A stretch of DNA of 64,000 bases. Origin: Octopus sinensis. Taxonomy: Eukaryota. Shown in pieces: positions 54,798 to 64,000 of this stretch. The stretch's first letter is position 1, and the number at the start of each line of letters is the position of its first letter. Location: positions 46,996,001-47,060,000 of the forward strand of contig NC_043007.1 of assembly GCF_006345805.1 (NCBI RefSeq), written 5' to 3'. The position numbers were made by a program, and so were the translations under genes. The notes beneath the pieces are model-generated. The model did no database searches and was not told where the DNA came from. It saw nothing but the letters and a program-made list of their open reading frames with translations.

Positions 54798-55230
54798 CCT
54801 GAATGTATTATAAATAACACAAACCCTGCCCGCTAAGCCGATCAGCTAACTGATCAACATCAACGAAGCACATGGGTGAGTTTAAATATATTACATCCGG
54901 GTAAATGGCAAGCTTTTACGAGTTGCATTTCGGGGAGAGGAAAAGTTTTTTCGGAATAAAAATTTAGCAATTAAGGACAACTACTTAATAAGGAAAACTT
55001 AACAAGAAATTGTCAGGTAGATAGCGTAAAAACCTCATAAGAGAAAAAAATTCGAAAATAATTATTTCTATTGAACATATTAATTTATATATAGAGGGCA
55101 TTATATATACATGCCAGAAGGCATTATACATACATGCCAAACGCTAAGAGGGACAATCAGTCATTTCTACCAAAAATATTACTAATCCCACGAATGCAAT
55201 TTTTCAAAGTAAGACATTTAAAAATATAGA

Positions 55231-55271
55231 CCGTATCACAGTGATTTCATACTTACGTAATCATCAGCAGG
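55231..55271 (-). ncRNA. Type I hammerhead ribozyme, array 2
   Basis: Same motif with a 1-nt deletion in stem I. Confidence 0.78.
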
Positions 55272-55706
55272 CCTGAATGTATTATAAATAAAAACAACGA
55301 CCCTGCCCCGCTTAAGCCGATCAGCTAACTGATCAACATCAACGAAGCACATGGGTGAGCTTACATATATTACATCCGGGTAAATGGCAAACTTTTACGA
55401 ATTGCATTTCGGGAGAGAAAAGTTTTTTCGGAATAAAAATTTAGCAATTAAGGCAACTACTCTAATAAGGAAAAATTAACAAGAACTTTGTCAGGTAGAT
55501 AGCGTAAAAACCTCATAAGAGAAAAAATTTCGAAAATAATTTTTCTATTGAACATATTAGTTTATATATAGAGGGCCATTATATATACATGCCAGAAGGC
55601 ATATACATACATGCCAAACCTAAGAGGGAAATCAGTCATTTCTACCAAAAATATTACTAATCCCACCGAATGCAATTTTTCAAAGTAAGACATTTAAAAA
55701 TATAGA

Positions 55707-55748
55707 CCTGTATCACAGTGATTTCATACTTACGTAATCATCAGGCGG
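55707..55748 (-). ncRNA. Type I hammerhead ribozyme, array 2
   Basis: Core intact; the 5' strand of stem I is altered. Confidence 0.7.
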
Positions 55749-56029
55749 CTGAAGTATTATAAATAAACAACGACCCTGCCCCGCTTAAGCCGATCAGCTA
55801 ACTGATCAACATCAACGAAGCACATGGGTGAGTTTACAATAAAAATTTAGCAATTAATTGCTAAATTTTTATTCCGAAAAAATTTCCTCTCCCGAAATGC
55901 AATTCGCATAAAGTTTGCCATTTACCGGATGTAATATGTAAACTCACCCATGTGCTTCGTTGATGTTGATCAGTAGCTGATCGGCTTAAGCGGGGCAGGG
56001 TTCGTTGTTTATTTATAATTACATTCAGG

Positions 56030-56070
56030 CCGCTGATGATTACGTAAGTATGAAATCACTGTGATACAGG
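56030..56070 (+). ncRNA. Type I hammerhead ribozyme, array 2 inverted arm
   Basis: ccg-CTGATGA-ttacgtaagtat-GAAA-tcactgtga-TA-cagg. Confidence 0.78.
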
Positions 56071-56505
56071 TCTATATTTAAATGTCTTACTTTGAAAAAT
56101 TGCATTCGGTGGGATAGTAATATTTTTGGTAGAAATGATATGATTGTTCCCTCTTAGCGTTTGGCATGTATGTATATGCCTTCTGGCATTGTATATATAA
56201 TGCCCCTTATATATAAATTAATATGTTCAATAAGAAATAATTATTTTCGAAATTTTTTCTCTTATGAGGTTTTTACGCTATCTACCTGACAATTCTTGTT
56301 AGTTTTCCTTATTAAGTAGTTGTCTTAATTGCTAAATTTTTATTCCGAAAAAACTTTTACTCTCCCGAAATGCAATTGTTAAAAGTTTGCCATTTACCCG
56401 GATGTAATAATATTGTAAACTCACCCATGTGCTTCGTTGATGTTGATCAGTTGGCTGATCGGCTTAAGCGGGGCAGGGTCGTTGTTTATTTAGAATACAT
56501 TCAGG

Positions 56506-56547
56506 CCTGCTGATGATTACGTAAGTATGAAATCACTGTGATACAGG
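56506..56547 (+). ncRNA. Type I hammerhead ribozyme, array 2 inverted arm
   Basis: cctg-CTGATGA-ttacgtaagtat-GAAA-tcactgtga-TA-cagg. Confidence 0.85.
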
Positions 56548-56768
56548 TCTATATTTTTAAATGTCTTACTTTGAAAAATTGCATTCGGTGGGATTAGTAA
56601 TATTTTTGGTAGAAATGGACTGATTGTCCCTCTTAGCGTTTGGCATGTATGTATATGCCTTCTGGCATGTATATATAATGACCTCTATATATAAAATATA
56701 GATAGATATATATATATATAATATAAAAGTATAACTCCACACTAAGATGTCTAGAGAACTCAAATGTA

Positions 56769-56856
56769 TTTAGCTGATGAGTACGGGACACTTTTATCTG
56801 CTGCAATTTTTGCAACTTGTAATAAAGCCGTCCTTGTATGAAACAATTGTACTAAA
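56769..56856 (+). ncRNA. Type I hammerhead ribozyme with long stem II (family B, second locus)
   Basis: tttag-CTGATGA-gtacgggac...gtccttgtat-GAAA-caattg-TA-ctaaa. The host segment 56725-56887 matches 25058-25220 in reverse complement. Confidence 0.85.
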
Positions 56857-56898
56857 AACCAATCCATTCTTGTTGCTTCTTTCTCGTTTATATATATC

Positions 56899-56932
<34 letters not shown>

Positions 56933-56993
56933 ATATATATTTAGTGAAGGAAGAAATGGAGCTGAACGAAGATTCTACAGAATTCCTTTTATT

Positions 56994-57079
56994 ATTTTCT
57001 ACACATGTTTCAAAGGCCGCAAATTTCCAAATTCGGACTGAATAAGGAGACCATTTTGCAGCTTTCTCTTCAGGAAAAT
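56994..57079 (-). ncRNA. Type I hammerhead ribozyme, long stem II (family C, left arm)
   Basis: Reverse complement of 57463-57548 with one stem II substitution that keeps pairing as G-U. Confidence 0.85.
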
Positions 57080-57462
57080 CCAGGAATTTAAAACTCCAAA
57101 ACAAATGCGCATCAAGGTATTCGAACAAAACGCTCCTTAGGAGCCCATGAAATAGCACAAAACTGTCTCTCAATTTGCGTTGATGTCAGGGGGGGTGGAG
57201 GCCGACGAAAAAGTCCGTTGGAATAAATCAGGTCAAACTGCGGTCAAACCTGGTAGTGGAAGAAATACTGAAAACCAAAGGGTGTGAATATATTCTGTAT
57301 AACTAATGCTAATGTTCGGAATGTTTTAAGAATTAAGGCTGTCTTATTTAAGGTGTGAGAACCTGCCTACATGTATGTGTGTGCGCTCCTGTGTATGTGT
57401 GGGAAGGAGCGTTTTGTTCGAATACCTTGCTGCGCATTTGTTTTGGAGTTTTAAATTCCTGG

Positions 57463-57548
57463 ATTTTCCTGAAGAGAAAGCTGCAAAATGGTCTCCTTAT
57501 TCAGTCCGAATTTGGAAATTTGCAGCCTTTGAAACATGTGTAGAAAAT
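57463..57548 (+). ncRNA. Type I hammerhead ribozyme, long stem II (family C, right arm)
   Basis: attttc-CTGAAGA-gaaagctgcaaa...tttgcagccttt-GAAA-catgtg-TA-gaaaat. Distal stem I extension aattcct/aggaatt. Confidence 0.87.
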
Positions 57549-57798
57549 AATAAAAGGAATTCTGTAGAATCTTCGTTCACTCCATTTCTTCCCTTCACTA
57601 AATATATTAAAGTTCAATTATCCGCGCTAAGGCACGGTTGCGACACCCCAAGGTCGTAACTCCAACCGTGTTTTTTCTGTTGTGATTTTTGCTACCCAGG
57701 TATCGGTTAAATTTTGAATAATCCTTAACAAGATAATTCATTTATCCATTTCAATATATATATATATATATATATATAGATGTATGTATGTATGTATG

Positions 57799-57857
<59 letters not shown>

Positions 57858-57867
57858 AATATATATA

Positions 57868-57909
<42 letters not shown>

Positions 57910-57912
<3 letters not shown>

Positions 57913-58291
57913 TAATTAATCAAACCAGTTTGACTCAGTTTTTCGGCACTACGAGAGTTTCGAGCGTGATGCCAATCTTCGCTCATTTTGAATTTGAATG
58001 ACAGAAGTTGATTGTTATTACAGTAAGGTGGACTGCGATTGGTCGCGGAATGTCATGTAATATCGTGGTTTGATGGTGATTTAACTGTAATCAGTGACGA
58101 CCGTTAGTTGAAAAACACCGCATGGTGGACAGGAAATCAGTAAAATTGCTGGAGGGGAGGTAGAAAGTGTCGGTATGCGCAAGTACATAGTTGTATATAT
58201 GGGTGCGTGGACGTGCTCATATGGTTTTACGAGCATGCCTGTATTGATGCGCGCGTGTGCATCTGCATATGGGAGCGCACATGCACACGCT

Positions 58292-58344
<53 letters not shown>

Positions 58345-59495
58345 GAACAGACATGCGCGCATACACACACTTGTATACACATGGACGCACACATATACTA
58401 TCCACACATGCGTATTTATTCATATATACAAGTCATGCATTCATACATGCACACATGCATGTTAGTGTCAAATCTCGCATATGAAAGACCTTGAGAGCTT
58501 CGAGTCTGACCTATGGAACGTTGTAAAGAAGGTGAGGTCTAGGCATGATTCTAAACCCTTCCTTAAATCCCTAAATGACTATATGATCAGCATTAAGCAA
58601 TCACCCAACATACACATACTCGCAGACAAAGCAAAGAACATTTACGAAATAAATACTTCCATAATATATTAAACATCGCACGCATCCAACTTCGCACGCA
58701 TCAACAGACGTAAAACTGCTCCCGCACCACCCCAACCCCAACCGGCCCTCTAAAGGATCTTGCCTCACAAGGGCTCTAGTAGACAGATACACCCTTTCAC
58801 CATCAGACGGCATTAGTAGGCACTATACCGGTGTGTCAGCCAATGACATCAAGGGAAAATACTCTCAGCATATGCACAAGTTCAGATCCAGGGACAGAGA
58901 GAACTCTCCTTCCCACTCTCATTTTGTTTGGAGCCTCCGTGACCACCGAGACGAAACATCCAGCATCGAGTGGACTATTGTCGACAGAGCCCTACCATAT
59001 TCACCCGACACTCACGACTGCCAGCTCTGCTTCCCTGAAAAACTGCATATACTCTAACAACCCGCAGTATCCATCAACAAGAAATACGATTCATCTTATT
59101 CCTGTCACCCACAGTATGCCCCTCTGGCGAATTTCAAGCCTCTGATTGCCGACAACCTGGATATACCTCCTTAGTACCAGCTGCTACTCTGCACCCCCTG
59201 CACCCAAGTCACCGTACTCAATAAAGCCTATGAGCAGGACCGCCAAATACCAATTCCCAAGCTTACCAGCCCATGCATTGTACTTATGAATGAATCCGCA
59301 TGTGTGTGCGTGTGTGCATGTGTTGCCCACCTTACGGTAATGACAATCAAGTCCTTTCAATCAAATTCAAAGTGGCTGAAGATCAGTATCACGCTTGAAA
59401 CTCTCGGAGTACCAACGAATTTGAACCAAGCTGCTTTGATCCATATATGTAACTCCCAATAAATGTTGAGTGCTCTCCTTTCGTTTGTCCACTCA

Positions 59496-59500
<5 letters not shown>
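57910..59500 (+). mobile_element. Internally deleted Penelope-like element (Naiad-like) with inverted 5' pLTR copy and HHR-bearing 3' pLTR
   Basis: 58481-58672 resembles a PLE N-terminal region (..ILADKAKNIYEI). ~58740-59140 encodes a GIY-YIG-like segment (GSCLTRALV..YTGVS..QHMHKF..IEWTIVDRALPY..CQLC..EKLHIL). RT is missing. 57915-58040 is an inverted, diverged copy of ~59325-59445. Confidence 0.75.
59361..59424 (+). ncRNA. Type I hammerhead in PLE pLTR (family H)
   Basis: caaattc..tgg-CTGAAGA-tcagtatcacgctt-GAAA-ctc(tcg)gag-TA-cca..gaatttg. Stem II is weak; a degenerate inverted homolog lies at ~57945-57985. Confidence 0.72.
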
Positions 59501-59534
<34 letters not shown>

Positions 59535-59708
59535 TAATATATATAATATATATATATAAATATAAATATATATATAAATTATAAAATATATATATAAATA
59601 TAAATATATATATAATATATAATATATATATATAAATATAAATATATATATATATAAATATATAAATATATAATATAAAATATAAATATATATATCTAAA
59701 TATAATAT

Positions 59709-59751
<43 letters not shown>

Positions 59752-59765
59752 TATATATACATACA
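59498..59765. repeat. Imperfect (TA)n tract
   Basis: Direct inspection. Confidence 0.95.
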
Positions 59766-60065
59766 ATATACTAGATTATATTACATTATATTTTATTTCA
59801 TTATATGATATGTATATGCGAATAATAGACACAAACAATCGCTATAGTTCCCGACCTTCAACATTATTCGTCAACTAGTTGACCATTTATCTAATGAACT
59901 TAATCGAATGTTTGATGTTCGGTCAATCAATCACCTTATTTCCTCAAACCTTCCGTCATTTTCGACGTCATCAATTAAATTCCCTCTCGACTACAGGATT
60001 ACCTTGAGGATGTCTTTCCATAGATGACTAATCTTAAAATTATACAAGTCGGGACATCATTGAGA

Positions 60066-60097
<32 letters not shown>

Positions 60098-61559
60098 TTC
60101 AGAGAGAGAGAGAGAGAGAGAGGGCGAGAATGAGCGAGCGAGTGTGAGCGTGTATGTGCGTGACTGAGTGCGTGTATGTGCGCATCCGCACCTTTGTAGC
60201 GTCGTGTGGAGTCTATAATTGTGTGCTAGGATCTTGTATATGTAGGTGCACGCGCGTTTATTTATCTGTATGGCGTGGATTTTGTAAAAAGTGAAAGTGG
60301 TTAAGCGTTTATTTGTATATATATTTATTGATTTACTTTATGATTAGCGTCTTAGTTATGGTAAACTGACTGCCTATATAAGAAAGTGCATCGGTTTGTA
60401 AGAAGGCTTGTACACACATTCAAGTCTAGTCGCTGTACTTGCATTCTGAGATGTTATGGATCAATTTACAGCTTTGTGTCACACATTCGTTGTCAATTCC
60501 TGGGATTCAACAGCATTAAATTCTTTTGAGGCTGCACTTCCAAAAAAGAACAGACATGCTGTAGCCAAAATATGCTTTTAACATCATTAAAACAGGGAAG
60601 AAATCTTTTCAGTAAAGTCAGATTAAATAAAACAGACATCAGGGCAACAGAAAGTCATAAAACTGTCGTCACCTTTCCATACACCAACACACACACACAT
60701 ACACATGTAAACATACACGCACAAACATATACACGAACTTACGCACATATATATATATATACACACATACACACACATACACACACCTACACACATTTAT
60801 ATATCTCTAGATATAAACACGTACACACATATATACACACATACACATACCCATGTATAAACGTACACACACGTTTACACAGCGCATGAGTGTGCATGCA
60901 TACACACATATACGCGTATACGTACATATGCATGACCCTACATTTATATTTGTATAAAATATAGAGATATACGCCTACACACGTATAAAATATACAGGTA
61001 TATACTCACTCACATATATGATATATAGATATAAACCAAATGATATAAACAAAATAATATAAAGAAAGATATATGTGAAAATATGTAAGAATGCGTAGAG
61101 AATAACAGAATTAGGAGGTTAAAACATTGGATTCTCAAATATTTCACTATTTATTGAATACAGATGTTGCAAATAAATATTAAGAGAATGCGTAACTGAG
61201 AGGTCGATAACATGATATAACATATCTCTCACATATTTAAAGGATCAAAAATATATAAATGAGATGCATATGCTCAACTACGTTAGAGATTATGAATAAA
61301 TAGTAGCTAAGAAGTATTATTCGAAGTTTGTGTGTGTATGTGTGTTGGAGGATAGAAAATGAGGTCCAGATGGGATCGAAACTGGGCCTTCGTGGTTGCG
61401 AAGCGAATTTCTTATCCATTCTTCTGTGTTACGCCTACATACGCATGTTTTTACATGCACACACAAACACACACACAAACGCTCACACACACATACAGAC
61501 GCTCGTGCATATCCTTTATAAGCAATAGAAGCATTGTTAGAATACACAGTGCATTTTAG

Positions 61560-62277
61560 AAGATTTGAGATTGTCTGGAGAGAATTTATTAATAGTAGAA
61601 ACAGAACTTAGGATCTTCTAAATTCAATGCAATTGTTGTACCGCTTCATTCATTTCTTGAAAGGCCAATCAAATACTTCTAAGTTGAAGGCATCCAGCAC
61701 ACTTTTCACAGCCCCCTTCATTTTCAAAACAACTACCTCAGATTTTTCTGTAGCTTGAGGAACAACCAGATGTCACAGAGAGCAAGGTCTGGATATTTGG
61801 GTGGATGAAGGACAGCTTTAATGCTCATTTCTATCAAGTATTTGGTTGCCAGGATGCTTGTCACTGAGCATCCTGGAAACAAACTTACACAAACTTTGTG
61901 CATTTTCAGATCTTCATGGATAATGTTGTGTACAGTTGGCACAGCAGCCCTAAAATCTACGTTTATTGTTTTTATAGACAAACAACGATCTTCGCCCAGA
62001 AATTTCTAAATTTTCTCAACGATCTAATGGTTTGACGTGTCCCTTTCATTCCCTCTCATCGCCTCTTACCTTCTCTCTACCGTTCTATCGTGTAGAAGCT
62101 AATCAGCCGTAACAAACACTGTTTATAAGGATGTGCTCAAAGTACAGTTACCTCTGTCTCCTTCGATCTTGAATAACAAAACTTGGCATGTCAACTTATT
62201 AGATGCATAGTAATGATATAATAAAATTTCAACAATCATCGTCTTAAAAAGTCGGAAAACATCTGGAATGTATCTCG
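61560..62277 (-). mobile_element. Deleted mariner-like remnant
   Basis: TVHNIIHEDLKMHKVC and HPPKYPDLALCDIWLFLKL (YSPDLAP-like) motifs. Confidence 0.8.
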
Positions 62278-63219
62278 TACCATAGCCATTTGCGTATGAT
62301 ATTTGATATAAATACATCGTTGAAATGCAAATTTACCACAGTATTCTTCCACATAGTTACATAAACTATGATACAGAAACGGGTGTGCGTGTGTGTATTG
62401 TGTGTCTGTGTATTGTGTGTATGTGTGTATGTGTGTGTTTCATACAACTTTCATGTGCTGTATTTACTCACAATGTTTTGATCAATCCGAGGCTAAAGTT
62501 AACTAAACTTGCCCAAATTCACACAGTAAGACTGAAATCGAACCCGCGTGATTTTCAATAAGGAATATCATGTATGAGGCTTACCACATGTGTTTTTTGT
62601 TCAACATTGTTTTGAAAATACGGAATACATTATGAAAATCAAGTGAAAAGTAGATGTATAAATTCTTGTTTAACCTTTTACATATCGGACATCCATCATT
62701 TCGTTGTGCAATTACTGTAGTGTATTTGAGCATATATAATTCATTTGAATCCTTGGCGTGCTTATCGACTTATATATTATGATTTATCGAATGTATGGGT
62801 GCAAATTGAATTTAGGTGTTAGAATCAGCAGATGATATTGGTTTCTTCTCTCTGATATCTGATTATTCAAATGACATTGGTAGATCCTTAAATCAGAACT
62901 AGCATACATGTCAAATTTAGGGTGCCCTACGTTATTAATCTTAAATATTCAAAAGTTTTGTGAAAACTACGTTTCATGTGACACAGACATGTGCTAGAAT
63001 CAAGATAAACAGGACAAAAATCATGTAACTGAAAAGAGCACATGGTAATTACAGGGAATTGATTTTAGGAACGTTGTTTTAGATTAAAATTATAGATTCT
63101 TTAGAATGTCATCGACTGTGAGAAAGAGTCTGATTGCACCTTGCCTTTGATAAGTTCTATATCACGTGTTTGCTCACTGCTGCTCGCTCCTAGCATTCTC
63201 TAGCTTTCAGGAATAGTCA

Positions 63220-63250
63220 TACATACATACATACATACTTATACACACAC

Positions 63251-63285
<35 letters not shown>

Positions 63286-63320
63286 TATATAGACATATAT
63301 ACATATATATATATATAGAC

Positions 63321-63363
<43 letters not shown>

Positions 63364-63512
63364 GACATATATACATATATATATATGAATATATATATAG
63401 ACATATATACATATATTATATATGTATATATATATAGACCATATATACATATATATATATTATATGTATATATATATATATAGACATTATATACATATAT
63501 ATATATGTATAG

Positions 63513-63546
<34 letters not shown>

Positions 63547-63946
63547 TAGACATATATTAATAGATAGTATATATTATATATATATGTATATATGTCTATA
63601 TATATTATATATAATATATATATATACATATATATATATATATGTATAGATATGTCTCTCTCTATATATATATACATATACATATATATATATGTATATA
63701 TGTCTATATATATATATATACATATACATATACATATATATATATGTATATATATTATAATATATATATTATACATATATATATACATATATATATATGT
63801 ATATATGTCTATATATATATATACATATACATATATATATACATATACATAATATATATGTATATGTATATATGTCTAATAATATATATATATACATATA
63901 TATATATATGTATATATGTCTATATATATATATATATATACAGAAC

Positions 63947-63977
<31 letters not shown>

Positions 63978-64000
63978 GACATATATACATATTATATATA
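63220..64000. repeat. Long imperfect (TA)n/(TACA) microsatellite running off the window
   Basis: Direct inspection. Confidence 0.97.

Larger units (their letters stand above)
54481..56695. mobile_element. Second array of the same ~476-bp HHR monomer: ~2.8 copies in one orientation then ~1.8 inverted copies
   Basis: Monomer starts near 54491, 54966 and 55443. Inversion centre tttagcaatt|aattgctaaa at 55855/55856. Flanked by (TA)n. Confidence 0.85.
56940..57603. mobile_element. Fold-back unit with ~200-bp inverted arms, each carrying an HHR (family C)
   Basis: 56940-57138 is the reverse complement of ~57405-57603 with few mismatches; non-coding spacer between the arms. Confidence 0.8.

Overview
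This is AT-rich, microsatellite-saturated eukaryotic DNA. The SINE, LINE and (TA)n/(TAA)n content looks like an octopus or other cephalopod genome (inference). I could not confidently identify any host gene. Most long ORFs in the track are (TA)n/(CA)n artefacts or transposon fragments. Recognisable content: decayed Tx1-like, RTE-like and R4/Dong-like (restriction-like endonuclease) non-LTR retrotransposons, most of the last stacked at (TAA)n tracts; several Tc1/mariner remnants; a Helitron-like element; MITEs; tRNA-derived SINEs; and two Penelope-like element (PLE) GIY-YIG remnants. The main signal is a dense set of type I hammerhead ribozyme (HHR) motifs: about 17 recognisable copies plus degenerate ones, from at least 7 sequence families. 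Nearly all lie in non-coding units embedded in (TA)n and arranged as tandem or inverted repeats. The best example is a 476-bp ORF-less monomer with one HHR per unit, present as two independent arrays (41.8-43.3 kb and 54.5-56.7 kb). It is a candidate retrozyme or non-autonomous PLE system. Several HHR families have unusual features: a greatly extended stem II, a palindromic stem III, a G3:C8 swapped core, or U after A9. All structures were folded by eye and none has been tested for cleavage.
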